Of a stretch of 64,000 bases of DNA, positions 47,994-60,540 are shown piece after piece. The translations under genes and the position numbers were made by a program. The notes beneath the pieces are model-generated. The model made no database searches, was not told the DNA's origin, and saw only the letters and a program-made list of their open reading frames with translations. Numbering within the stretch: position 1 is the stretch's first letter; every line of letters begins with the position of its first letter. Source of the DNA: Takakia lepidozioides (lineage: Eukaryota > Plantae > Bryophyta); contig CM060732.1 in assembly GCA_030704615.1 (NCBI GenBank), positions 54,994,001 to 55,058,000 of the forward strand, written 5' to 3'.

Positions 47994-50900
47994 GCTTTGA
48001 AATTTGAAAGTATGACAATAAACCAAAAAAAGAAAAAAAAAGAACAGTAAATATCTCAATTTAGAAAACCTGTAAATATCTCCCAAAAATAGAAAAAATA
48101 AAAAAAGGTATCCATGGATTCCGTTCCGTCATATGTTCCCAGTCCATTAGAACGTATTAATAATCGTGAGATTCTGGTTTTGACTTTTCGTGGGAGGTTT
48201 GAACTTTGAAGTATTTACGTATTTACTCAATTTAATAAACCTCTCGCATTATTTGGTACGGAGGGATCAGCTACGGGTCACTGTCGTCCTCCAGCGAGTA
48301 CTGTTATTGGTGGAACCGGTGGAGCGAATGTGGAGCGTTGGATACGGTGGGAGGGAGGGGCGAGATGGGGTGGGGAGGTCCAGAATGTAGGCAGGAAGGC
48401 GGCACACAGCAAGGGGGCGGAATGTTCCTGGCGGGGCGACAAGGGCGGCGGGGCGTTACGAGGGGGCGCGAAGGGCGGGCGGGCGGGCGGTACGATGGGG
48501 GGGGCGCAGGGAGGGGCAGGGATCTAGTGAAGGGGTTGGAGCGTGCGGAGGGGGCGCGGCGGATTGTGGCAGGATGATGGCACGATGGCGTGGGGGGAGA
48601 GAGGGGAGCGTGTGTGAAGCGCTGCGCTGCGAGAGGGTTGCCAGGAAATGAAGCGGGGTTTTGGTGAAGTGCGTGATCCGTTTTGCGTGTGCTGTTTTTT
48701 GTTACACTGTTGGTTGGCCACGCTGGAGGTGAGGTTGTTATGTTGTTATCCGGTTGTTGAGAGTTTGTTAATGAGGACGAAGTGGTTTTGAGAGGGAGGG
48801 AGAGAGAGAGGGAGAGCGAGAGAGAGAGTCAAAGTTGGAAGAGGAGCAAGCGCGGTTTGACTGGTAGGCTAGGGGCCTGAAGTTGAGGTTGTTAGAGTGT
48901 TTGGCTACAGATTGCGGGTGATTAATGGAAAGAAGAGCTCGGAAGTGGCGAGTGTGAGCATGTCTGTGTTTTCTCTGAATCTGGGAGTTTCTCTTGAGCT
49001 GTGTGTGTTAGCAGGCCGCTGTAGAGGCGAGGTTGTTAGCAGTTGTTGACAACGAGAGATATCTAGTCTGGCTCCAACGTGTGAAGATGGCCGGTGATTG
49101 ATGGAAAGCAGCTTGGAAATGGTCACTGTGTTTGATCCTGCGTCTCATAATCTGAATCTGGTCCTTTTCAGGCCACAGCGGAGGCGAGGTTGTGAGGACT
49201 TGGTTGATGCGAGACGAGTCTAAGATGGCTGGTCATTGGTGGAAAGCAGCTTGCAAATGCTAGTGGAGTAGTGTTGCTGAATCTGGAGCCTGCTTTCCCT
49301 GTGGCTCGGTAGGCCTGTGCGCACGACTAAAATTCTGAGGAGGACTGAGCTTCTAAGGTGACCGGTGTAGATTGATACCTTGCAAAATGCTGGTGCGTCG
49401 CCTTATCTGAATCTGGTCGTTTTTGACGTGATCTATTTGTTCTCTGCTTGAGTGAAGAGTGAGAGGGAAGGCTGGCCTCAGAAGCCACCGCTCGACCATG
49501 GCGATGGGGGAAGGATTGTAGACGTGTTTGTTTTTTTTGTGTTTGTTTACGCCACGACGGTAGAGATGGTGCAGGCTAGTTTAGTGAGGGGTTTGCTCAT
49601 CGGGAGAGCACTCAAGTATTGTCCGTTGATGGCCCTGAATAGTTTGATCGCATGCTTAGCAAGAGTGACTGCCCTTGGAAGTTTGGCGACACCGATGACA
49701 ACTGCAAGTTACATGACCTGGACCTGTTCTTTCTTCAGGCGTTCCTACATTGACCACGATCGTTTCTAAAGCGGACCGGGCCCGGAAGATTGTTTGTCGA
49801 GAGTGATGCCATGATAAGAGACTTTCAAAGATGGATCGCTAAACAGTTTGCAACTGCAGGTTTTCTTGTCGGTTTGAGAGAGCGCAAGACCAGATCATTA
49901 TCCTATTGTACAGCGGAGCGGATTATGAGACTTATGAAGCTCCGGACTTCGTATTGAGTCTAGAGATTCTCTAGTGAGGCAGATACCTTCTCGCGCGCGG
50001 AAGGTATCTAAGCTTGAACGCTGCAAAGAATACAGTAGTTCCTTGACCAGGACTGAAGCTATCTCCCGGTACTTCCATAACTGGACCTAGATGATTTAGT
50101 AACTTGAACACGATACATGTCATTACTTAATTATGCTTCTGCGTTGACGTAGATTTGTGCATTTTGTCACGATGACTCGTCGGCGAATATGAGAGCTCTG
50201 GCTTCGTTGATGACCAAAGTGACGCCTGCATCCCTGTCAACTCAATCTCGTGCACTTTTGATGATCTTCACATGTAGAGTTCCCCCAATCTCCCCCCAAT
50301 CACCAGAGTATCGTGGGAGAAGCCTGCAGGGTTTAAGGCAGGATTTACTTGGTTTTGGGAGTGCTAGAGCATGTGAAGTTGGCGTCTGCCCCCATCCAAA
50401 GCGACAGGTGACACAAACTTTGTAGAGCAATTATCCTATAGAGATAATAGTGTTAGGACGGCCCGGGAGTTCGAAGTACCAGTTGGCTGTTTCCACATAC
50501 TAGTTCCTTGACCGCACTGACCACAAGCGAGTGGAGCCCAAGGTCAATGTTCCTTTTCAACTATCCTGAGCCTCTGGTTGTGCGATGTCTGGTTTCTTTC
50601 GTCATACTTTGACTCTGCGTTGGAGCATGTACTGAGCTTGCTGGTGAAGTGAGATTCCCGTGACGTAAGGCTATGTCGTCTATTTGGTTGAAGCCTTGTC
50701 CGACCTATTGTTATATACAATCTTTCAAGCCTTTTGTCAGTAGTTATCTGTAAGGGTCCTTGACCAAAGGACAAGAGAGGTTTTCGCACTGATCAGCATG
50801 AACCTACCACAGGGCCAAATATATGTCCAGATGCCCGTAGTGCAGACCTGCAACTTATTCTATTTACTTGTGAAACTGTAGTTGCCATGGTCTTGTGGCT

Positions 50901-51477
50901 CTGGAGCTTTTGTCCAGTGTGAACTGACCAAAGACACTGGGTGAGAAGTAGGCCTCTTTGAAGAGAACAGTGAGACTAGATGTGAGACTAGTGATCTGCT
51001 TTTGATGCAGATTCTTAAAATATTAACTTCACTAGAGAATTGCTTTGTCTTGAACTTTGATAGTCCATAAAGTAGAATTTGTCTGTACATGTATTGTGAA
51101 GATAACTTGCTGAAGCTCTATATGTCTTTGGTTCTTAGTGTGTACCTGGCTGTGGTAAAGCTTTTCTTCTATAACAAAGCTTGAAGGAAAAAACTTTTAC
51201 TTCTGTGTGAGATGATAAGAAAGTACCATTTTCGCCCCCCTTTCCTTTCTCTGTATATTTTGTGCTTACGGAATGTGTTTTTGTGCAGATGAAAGTGCTC
51301 TCTGACTACCGACCGAGTAATCCACTGAAGAGGACACAAAGGAGCATGCATTACTGCATTGGGTCATTCCAGTGAGACCCGTAGGGTCTAAACAGTGCCC
51401 ATGCCTCAGTGACCTGGGGGCACTTGCAAGCATCGGGATCATGGGGATTGGAAGTTCTGACATGCAGTTTTTAGTCT

Positions 51478-53241
51478 ATGGAACGCTTATCATCTGTGCC
51501 ACTGGCAGCTCTACCAGCCAGCAGGCGCCAACAACTTTGTGCACATCTCAAATCGGGTGCTGTTTCTCTGGCGGATCTGAATACTGCCTTGTTGCAAGCT
51601 GCTGATACAGGGCACCAGTACCTTTTGCATATTCTCATCGATACTGGGGCAACGAACCTTGTAGGTGCCATGACTCGCGCCGGATCGTCTGGCCACCTCC
51701 ACATTGTGGATGCGCTTGTTTTACAATCCAAACCCGTGCCCTTTAGTGCTGCCTTTGTAGGGGCATTGGTGGGGCTTCGCAAAGACGTGGTGGATTATGT
51801 GGTGTCTGTGGCTGATAAACAGGGTCTGGACAACTGCTTGCTTTTGGGAGCAGCTCGTATCTGGAGCTGCAGAACACCTGAGGAGGTGACATTTCTGCAA
51901 TATGCAATGGAAAGCATGGTGAAAGCTGGGGCCAGGGATTTTGAAAGAGCCTTGCAAGTCAGCTGTAGTGATGCTGTCATTGGCCACTGGAATGGTAATG
52001 TATTCAAAGATAAAGCCAAGATCTTGCAAAGAATATTAGTGTTAGGATCACGGAATCTGTCCGCAGAATTCATTGGCGGGATCCTCTTGATGATTTGTGT
52101 CACTTTTTTGTGCAAATTGATGAATTCTGGTGGAACGAGGACTACGGCAACTATGACAGGGGGGTCTAAAGGAAAGCAAGTTGGTACGATGATGTCGGAC
52201 TCCACAACTGCAGATATCCGGTGCCCTGGAGCAGTCGTGCAGGATATGATAAACATCCTCTCTGTTGTCTGCCAATACGGAGCAGCAGAAAAGATTAACA
52301 GCTGTCGGCTCCTCGACTTCACTCAAATGAACATGGACAGTGTCAGATCTTTGCTCCACGTCCTACCCTGTCTCCATCAACCTGCAGGTGCAAGTGGGGA
52401 CTGTGCAACTTGCAGCGCCCAATGGCCCCTGAAAGTGATGAAGTTTCTGCTTTTGGAATGTGGAATTCGAGAACTAGGTGGGAGAGTGACCCTCCTTGCA
52501 GCATTTCAAGCAGCCCGACATTCAAAGGTGCTCCTCCCAGTGGTACGATGTTTTCTTGAGCAGAAATGTTTTGATGCTTTTCCTCGGTACCTTGATATGT
52601 CCATAACCTTTTGTCAGGGTGATGCCATCCAATACCTCCTCAGCGTTCTTCCGAGGCCAATAGATACTGCCAGGGTGGTTAATGCTGTGAGAATTGCAGC
52701 GTCCGACACAAGGGGTGCGCCACTAGGCCCAGAAGGAGTGCTCTTTGCTCTCCATGCGAATTTCCTTGAGGATACCGAAGCCACTCTGGCTGAAGCTACA
52801 GCATTGGCAGACTTAGCACATACAGATGCGCTGGTGAAGAAGCGACTGAAGCAAGAATGGTCCCTGGAAGCCTTTCAAGCAGGGACCCAGGCAGGGCAGC
52901 AACATTTTTTGAATTGCATGCTTGTCAGAAAGCGGAGCTGCTGCTGGTTGCGTGTAGGTGACCTTCCTCTTGAGCTGCAGGTAGCAATTGCCTACCTTCC
53001 ACTTTATAGAGACTGCTCTAGAACCCCTGGCAGTCTGCTGTCTGAAAGGCAGCGAGGAGAGTTGGTAACAGCTTTATGCTACTTGTATCAAGGCAGCACG
53101 ATGGTGACTGAAGCAGAAGTTCTGGAAGCAGATAAGCGTACTTTGCTGCGCCTGCTTAGTGTCCGCCTGCCTGATTGGTGTCGGGATGTTGGGGGATCAG
53201 ATGATGGAGCATCTGTCCGTGCCTTTTTTAGGTATGGATGA
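51478..53241 (+). CDS. Divergent SKIP35-like ankyrin-repeat protein, intronless CDS (587 aa)
   Basis: Long clean ORF with C-terminal motifs GVLFALHANFLEDTEATLA, LKQEWSLEAF...GQQHFLN, DLPLELQVAIAYLPLYRDC and LLSERQRGELVTAL, as in plant SKIP35 family proteins. Confidence 0.8.
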   Translation: MERLSSVPLAALPASRRQQLCAHLKSGAVSLADLNTALLQAADTGHQYLLHILIDTGATNLVGAMTRAGSSGHLHIVDALVLQSKPVPFSAAFVGALVGLRKDVVDYVVSVADKQGLDNCLLLGAARIWSCRTPEEVTFLQYAMESMVKAGARDFERALQVSCSDAVIGHWNGNVFKDKAKILQRILVLGSRNLSAEFIGGILLMICVTFLCKLMNSGGTRTTATMTGGSKGKQVGTMMSDSTTADIRCPGAVVQDMINILSVVCQYGAAEKINSCRLLDFTQMNMDSVRSLLHVLPCLHQPAGASGDCATCSAQWPLKVMKFLLLECGIRELGGRVTLLAAFQAARHSKVLLPVVRCFLEQKCFDAFPRYLDMSITFCQGDAIQYLLSVLPRPIDTARVVNAVRIAASDTRGAPLGPEGVLFALHANFLEDTEATLAEATALADLAHTDALVKKRLKQEWSLEAFQAGTQAGQQHFLNCMLVRKRSCCWLRVGDLPLELQVAIAYLPLYRDCSRTPGSLLSERQRGELVTALCYLYQGSTMVTEAEVLEADKRTLLRLLSVRLPDWCRDVGGSDDGASVRAFFRYG

Positions 53242-54551
53242 TCTACTTTTGACATTGAGCCTGAACGGCAGCGTCCGGACTCGCCACTTGTGAACAACTG
53301 CTTGTTGTGCTTGATGGAGTCTTCAAAATCATGGCGGCATTTTTGATAGTACATGTTGACCACATACTGCCGGATGTTTCTTTTAGCGGTTTGCAGAACA
53401 GTCGCATCCTGGTTTATAGAAGTACTCTGGTGTAGCTGCTTGCAGTGTCAATGGAGTAAATCGGTTTACAGGTCATTAGCTGCTCTATTGAAGTCGTTTG
53501 GAGACATGCAAGCACTAAACTATCGTAGAGATATGTTGCTTTGGATTGGATTGGATTGAATTTTGAAGACAGTGAGGCAGAGGATGGTCGATGGTGAGAC
53601 AGATGACCTCAGGACGCTGGCAGGCTTAAATTAGGGTGCTTTGGGTTCTTTATCTATCTCTCTCTCAGAGAGGTATGTATTCTACGGATACATCATTGTA
53701 CATAATTGGAAAAATCAAGTAGTCTGAAGGAGCCTTTGGGCTACTTGGAAGTAATTGAATTGGTAACATGGCAGCAGCTGATTTCTATTGTTCAAATGTG
53801 CAGTAGGCTACTGGTTTCTTCTTGATGTTTTGTACCGCATGACGCATCCAGTTAGACAACTTTTGTAGCAGTCCAATTTCAGTGCAGTATGAGTTCAGGC
53901 AGCTCTGTGAAATATTGCAAAATTTGATGTAACTGCAGCCAAGAGACTCTCTCAAGAAATGCATGATCTGAGGGTTGTGAACTAATTGAACTGTGACAAC
54001 TGTGTTTGAGATGCGTGCAAGCTTTTGGTGAGAGCTTAAGCAGATCTCATCCAATTCAGACTACTAAGGCGACTCGGGCAGGTTACACTTTTGGACTTCC
54101 GAGAGTGAGGCTGGAATTGCTCTGTCTTTGGGGCCAGCCACTTGACATCCATTTTTTATTTTTATTCTTTCAAAGTAGTTTTGAATTGTGAAGTTAAGAG
54201 GAAGTGGGATGATTGACTTGGGGGACCTGCGGTTTTCACGAGAGCGAGGTAGAGCCTCCCTTGTTTGTGTTGCCAGTGATGGTGGTGTGGAAAAGTATGG
54301 TGCTCCCTCTCCAACTTGGAATTACTGATGGAGTATTTTTCAGCCACGGTGAGTCAGCAAGGTTTTCTACAGCTTTTTCAAGCACAACCAAGCATCAGAT
54401 CCAGGTGAGGTGTGCACAAGTTGAGGCCTGCCATTGCCTCATGATTGTTGGCCTTTTGCAGCTACCGAGGAGCCTGAGTATTGAAGTGGTGCCACTTTAT
54501 GTGGGCTGTTTGGAGATGCGTTGTGTACAGTGAGTTCCTCCGGGTAAGATG

Positions 54552-54803
54552 CACAAGACCCTTGTTGGAAACTCCACCATGGAGTTTGGAAAGCTCTGAA
54601 CCCACGTGGGTTTCACGGGAGGGTGACTTCATCACCCACAAGACCCTTGTTGGAAACTCCACCATGGAGTTTGGAAAGCTCTCAACCCACGTGGGTTTCA
54701 CGCGAGGGTGACTTCATCACCCACCAGACCCTTGTTGGAAACTCCACCATGGAGTTTGGAAAGCTCTCAACCCACGTGGGTTTCACGGGAGGATGACTTC
54801 ATC
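54552..54803. repeat. Tandem repeat, three copies of an 85-bp unit containing two palindromes
   Basis: Units start at 54552, 54637 and 54722; each contains AAACTCCA-CCA-TGGAGTTT and AACCCACGTGGGTT. Confidence 0.92.
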
Positions 54804-54849
54804 TTCCCGCGATGCCTGGCGTCCAACAAACATTGCTGACAAGAAGCCC

Positions 54850-56000
54850 TGATGGAGGATGCGATAAAGACAACTCCAAGTTCAAGATATAAGGCGGTGC
54901 CTTATCTCGAGAAGCCTGATATCAGATGTTCGGGGAATCGGGGGATGTTCGTGTGGATGACTGGATATCTACGAATCGAGCAGGTAGGGTGGATGTCTGC
55001 TTCCTTCGCTAAAGGAGCTGAAAAGGAGATCATATTCTGTAGCTCGAGAAAAGCTCGGACGCTGTAGTCTCGGGGAAAGTACCCATGGAATCTTAATTAA
55101 GACAGAACTTGCTACACAGGAAACAATATGCAACACATCATGCAGAGAATATGTCCCTTCTGCATCTGCTGCACAAGAGAACAGATCTCTAGACTCACCG
55201 ATTTCCATGATCTGATTTATATTCAACCCGCGTCCTGGGGAGCCTTGGACCTCCTCCTGGTACACCGGAATGTTTAAGAGTAAAATTGGGGAAGAGCTAT
55301 CATTACGAGACCCTCCAAGTTTCGAACTGGTAATCATGGATCATGGCCTCTGGCCAGTGCCCCGAGCGCTCTTCTTCGATGATCATGTGATGCATCTTCT
55401 GGGCATGTCTGTGCTGTGGGAAGCTTAAATCAGACAACCGATCGCAGAAGCTTGAAGGCGGAGGGCTTTCCGCACATCGAGTCAATCCATGGTCTGGGCG
55501 TGAATGCAGCTTCAACCGCCCATATGTTAACTTTGTTTGCGATCAATAGAACGAGCATGTTTCGGGATAGGGGGATCGATCATTGACCCGCAGGGCTGTA
55601 GCTCAGCCTAAAATACAGATCCCACTCGGTCGAACGACGACCTGTAAGCTCACACTTGATTACCAGGTGGTGACTGGTGACCTGCTCTCTGAAAGGAGGG
55701 CCAAATCAACTATTGAGCTCGCTTCGTGGGGCGCTGGAGTTGAAAAAAGCAGCAATAGACCGAAAAACTCCTAGCCATTTGAAGGTAAGAACATCAGACC
55801 ATCTGGAAGCTCTACACCTGCACCATGAATCTACTAGAGATCATCAAGAAACCAAGATCGATCGGAAATTTTTCCTACCTGTGCAGGATAGAGGGGCGAT
55901 GGCCTACTGTGCCGCAGAAATGCTGCATCAAAGACCTCAATCAGCAGCTCTAGCATCTTCCGACCTACTGAGAAATCTTTATGTACAGTTACAACAAACT
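54850..56000 (+). mobile_element. Highly decayed LINE-like RT remnant (tentative)
   Basis: Weak, correctly ordered echoes of LINE RT motifs: EQVGWM, GILIKTELA, RPGEPW, FFLPVQDRG. Confidence 0.3.
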
Positions 56001-56288
56001 CGAACAGCAGACAAACCGTTGGGTAGGCTGCCATCATGACACAAGATGGTGCTGGCGACCTCGGTTTTCAAAGCTTCGGAGAATGCCCGAGGCAAGATCA
56101 AGATCAGCCCCCGATCAGCCGAGCTATCTCTGTTTTCATAATGGGGTCTGTAACCAGACTCGGTTAGCAACTGTCAGGCGGATGGATGTTCACGGTACCC
56201 ATCCTAATCGCATCTGTCGGTGCATTTCAACACACTGAAGTAGTGGTCACGTGAGGAAGCGCTTTTTCACGAGATGTCTGCTGAAGAA

Positions 56289-57965
56289 TGTTAAGACTAT
56301 ATGAAGCGTCACACTCTAATTAGCTGAACCGCTGAACCATTGTACAGCGGTTACAAAGGATTGTCTCTTGACATTCTACTCCTATGGTCACGGTAATTGG
56401 TTGCAACAATAAAGGTCAGACCAGCCGGGGCTATGAATTATTCCTCTACCTGTATGAGTGCTTCTCGTGCCTCTCGATTCTGTAATCTGGGTCTTGTCCT
56501 AGGTGATAGTGAAAACTTGTCATGGTATCAGAGCTGCAGGTTAGTGGCCAGGACGAAAGACTAGACTGATTCATAGCAGAGAATAAATCAGATCATAATC
56601 ATGGCAGCAGTAGTAGCAAAGACGTCTCAAGGCAAACTCCTTATCATAGCTACATTTGACGGAGAGAACTTCCATATTTGAAAGTTGAAGAACCGTATGA
56701 TCCATTTGTGTGTATTGAAAATGAAGACGATGCGAGAGTTGATGGAGTCGAGTCTACTAGTGATGAAGATGAAGAAGTTGAGCCACGATTCAGCCTCCGT
56801 CTCAACATCAGACATAGACACACCCTCGTCGTCCTAAGCTCTCGATTATTCTATGATTTCTGGGAACGAAGAATCACAAACGTTTAAGGAATCTCAATTG
56901 TGGAGAGGCTTCAAGGTGGAGAGAAGCCATGGATGAAGAATATGCATTTCTGTTTTTAAAGTGATACTTGGAAACTGGGAAGGAGAGCTGTTGGTTGAAG
57001 TGGGTCTAATTCAGCTGAAATTAAAAGCAGATGGTTTGGTGGAAAGGTATAAAGCAAGACTGGTTGCAAAGGGTTTTTCTCAGCCTGAAGGGATTGACTA
57101 CGATGAAACTTTTTCAAGATTTATTCCATACAAAGAGTGCTTTGGCAGCTATCAAGGACCTGGAAATAGACCAAATGGATGTAAAAACAGCCTTAGTAAA
57201 TGGAGATTTAGAGGAGGTGTACATGGAGCAACCCCAGGGTTTTGTTGCTCAAGGACAGGAAAGCTGATGTGTAAGCTTTTGAAAACCCTATATGGGTTGA
57301 AACAATCAGCATGGTACCAGAAGATTAATGTTTATCTCATGTCAAAAGGGTTTTTGACATTTGAAGCAAACAACAATGTCGATGTCAAGTCCAAGAAGAG
57401 CAAGTTTGTATTACTTGCACTCTATGTGGATGACTCAATATTAGTCAGTAACGATGTGACGGTGTTAAGTGAAGTGAAGAAAATAAAACATTCTTAATAG
57501 TTTGATATGACAGACTTTTGAGATATACATGACAGAAATGCACCATCCACGTGAGCCAAAAGGAATATGTGAAGAACATTTTGAGCAAATTCGAAATGAG
57601 CCTTTGTAAACTAGTGTGTACTCCGTTTGATTCAGGTGTGAAGTTGTCCAAGGAGATGTATCCGAAGACAGATGAGAAAAAAAAGGATCTATCTGTTACT
57701 CCATATTGGAGTGTCGTGGGAAGCCTAAGGTAATTGATGGTATGCACAAGGCCTGATATTGCCTTTGCAATAGAAATAGTTAGTAAATTCTTTGATAAAT
57801 CCTGGTTCCCTAGAGTATAGATCTTTCGTTATTTAAAAGGCACATGAGATCATGGCATGTGCTTAGATGGGAGCAACATACAATTACAAAGATTTTGTTA
57901 TTCTAATTGGGCAAGTGATGCAGTTAGTAGTATATCAACTACCGGATATGTTTTTCAAGTTGTGG
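56289..57965 (+). mobile_element. Ty1/copia remnant (putative 5' LTR 56289-56522, PBS, gag start, RT, RNase H start), internally deleted
   Basis: PBS TGGTATCAGAGC at 56523; motifs TFDGENF, RYKARLVAKGFSQ, QMDVKTA, YGLKQ, LYVDD, TRPDI and STTGYVF. Confidence 0.88.
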
Positions 57966-58129
57966 CGTAAATTTGCGAGCATTCGGTGAATTGCAGAGGG
58001 AAATTCCCATCTTTTCAATCTCAAACATCATTTCGAGTTTTCTTTGTACCGCTTGAGATTTGGATGCCGATGGGGGATCCAGTAGTCGAGGAGTGTTTTT
58101 GGATGTCATCACCTCTAACTTACCAGAGG

Positions 58130-58300
58130 GCCTCGTTTCCGTAGATACTCTCTTCAACGAGGTGTGTCCAACCTGTTTTGAGAGTTTTGTTTGTGGAGAA
58201 AGATTCCGGGAGCTTCCAGTTTGCAAACATAACTATGATCATGAGAAATGTATTGACAAATGGCTTCAAGTGCAATGACAAGCTTTAGCTGTTTGATTCT
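58130..58300 (+). pseudogene. RING-H2 zinc-finger gene fragment
   Basis: CPTCFESFVCGERFRELPVCKHNYDHEKCIDKWL followed by a stop before the final Cys pair. Confidence 0.6.
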
Positions 58301-58403
58301 GCTTCAAAAACGCGTCAATGACAAAATCGAGTTTGTTTCTACCTCAAACGGTAGATACATATGAACTATGGAGTTAGAACGTTGTTTCTTGTGAGGTCAA
58401 ATC

Positions 58404-59200
58404 CTTGGGGGGGGGTCACTCCCCGTATTTTCAAAACCACATGAGAACAAATATAGGGTGTAGTTTATTTTTTGAGGTAAATTTTAGAAAAGTTTTACTT
58501 AGAAAATATGGTAGGGCAATATCATTTCACCTAGTTTTTTAAAAAAAATTGTCACAGAAAATCCAGAGTTTTACTTTAAAAATTAATGTAATAAAAGGTT
58601 TTATCTGTAGACAGTATAATGTATCTATCCTTATGAAGTTTCTCATATTTCATCCAACTCTAATCCATCACGATGAAATCTTCTCAAAACTTCATTCTCT
58701 CATCAGGCTTATTTGATGAATAAGCCTACCCAAATCTGGGGTCCTTCCATTATGATGTTTTTAAATTGGTTCTCTAATAGAGGTCACCTAAAGTTCAAAT
58801 ACACAGTGGATTGATGTTGAGACCATAATCTCAATAGTGTCTATGACATTTGAACCATCTCAGAACTTTTACTTTTTAGATCCAAGTGATGCTACGGCTT
58901 TGAATGAGTTCGTGGCTAATGGAAATTAAACTATTCTTTGGGTCCGGCATTTGACTTATGTATGGAATGTTGTTTGTGTGCATGCTTTGAAATTTTGCAA
59001 TATTTAAAATGATAATTTAAAATATGGTCTAATTAATTGTTGTAAAATAAAAATAAAAAATAGGATATTTTGAAACAAAGGGTTTTACAATATTACCTAT
59101 AGATAGGGTGAAAAAAATGTAAAATTTTAAAAATATAGCCTAGTATAAATATACCTTTGTACGCACGTGATATAGAAAAAATACATATAGTGACCCCGTG
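58404..59200. mobile_element. Non-autonomous TIR element (about 800 bp) with 8-bp TSD GTCAAATC (hAT- or P-like)
   Basis: Inverted ends GGGGTCACT....GTATTTT; GTCAAATC at 58396-58403 and 59201-59208. Confidence 0.7.
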
Positions 59201-59770
59201 GTCAAATCTCGAAATGAAATAAAAACGATGTTAGAGGGTATTATAGACTCTCATATATTTCCTCAAACAATTTTGGTGCTATGGTGTCATACATTGATCC
59301 TATTGATTACCCAAAATCCAAACTACTTCAACGTCTATTTTGCGGGATCAAACCTAATTTGAAATGATATTTGTCGTAGTTCCACGATATCTGAAGACTT
59401 TGTGGTGTAGTCTTCAGCTTCAGGGACGGTAGAAAATTTATAGGTTTGTCCATATTGCACATTGCGATCATGAGGTGGATGTCCTCGTATATCCAAGGCC
59501 CTCCCGCGTTTGGCACTAACCGCAACGTGCTCATATTATGAAAACACTTCATATGGCGGGGGATCAAAAGAAGGTGGTGTTGATTTTTTGAATATTTCCC
59601 GTTGAAGAAACTGATATAGAACTCAGGGCAGACTAAAGAGCCAAATCTCTGAACTATCAAAGACGCCATGATGTTGCGCCTCGGTATGAAGATGACCGAT
59701 GACAACTGTTGAAGATCATTTGTATATGCTATAGCAGGACTATGATCCAGCATTGGTCATTGTCTCAACA

Positions 59771-60540
59771 TCCCGGTGGATAGTTGCAAGATATGGTGTC
59801 TCACTTTTGGTATATGGTGACGTACACGATTTTTTATTTTTTATTTTTTTTAATTTTGTTTTTGTTTTTGAGCATATGTTCTCAGTTTGATTCTTATAAA
59901 TATAGACAATAGTATACTTAACATCTTTAGTAAAGGATATAACCCCAAATATCATAAATATTATTTATTAAAAAAATTAATTTTTAATTGAAAAAAACTT
60001 TTAGGAGTCAAATCTTAGAGTGTATGACCATTTGTCCATATACCACCTGGCCATCCTAGATTGTATGTTTGTATATTTATTAGTGAAAAATGATATCCCA
60101 AAAACCCAAAAGACAATATGCTATGGACTCATACCTCTTTTTTGGTATATAAAAAAGTCCATAGCTTGGTAAAAATGAGATAGATTTCCAAAGTACTTTC
60201 ACCTATTTAAACATTGCACATTTTCTACACATGGCTTTTTGTCCTTATTACAATTGGTTACATTTAGATATGTTTTTTTAAGAGTCCATAGCAAAAAAAT
60301 CTGTGTCGATGACAAAATGTGTTTTGAGATTCAAAAATCCATAGCATTCTTAGAGTCCATCCAATTTGCAAAAACATGTTACATTATATAGGTCTCGTAG
60401 GTGGTACACAAGAACCAATGTCCTTTATAATAAAGATGAATTATTGTGAATAAAAAAAAAAAATCACATGAAGCACAGTCACTGAAAAACTGCCCGATAA
60501 CGTCCAAACTGAGACACCATATCTAGCAACTGCCCCGGGG
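59771..60540. mobile_element. MITE (770 bp) with about 38-bp imperfect TIRs and 5-bp TSD CAACA
   Basis: AGTTGCAAGATATGGTGTCTCA is inverted as TGAGACACCATATCTAGCAACT; CAACA at 59766-59770 and 60541-60545. Confidence 0.75.

Noticed and set aside
49700-50250. Possible box C/D snoRNA motifs in the SKIP35-like leader
   Set aside because: No complete C/D pair with a terminal stem or rRNA-complementary guide could be identified by eye.
54552-54803. Possible CRISPR-like array
   Set aside because: The whole 85-bp unit repeats with no unique spacers, the context is eukaryotic, and there are no cas genes.
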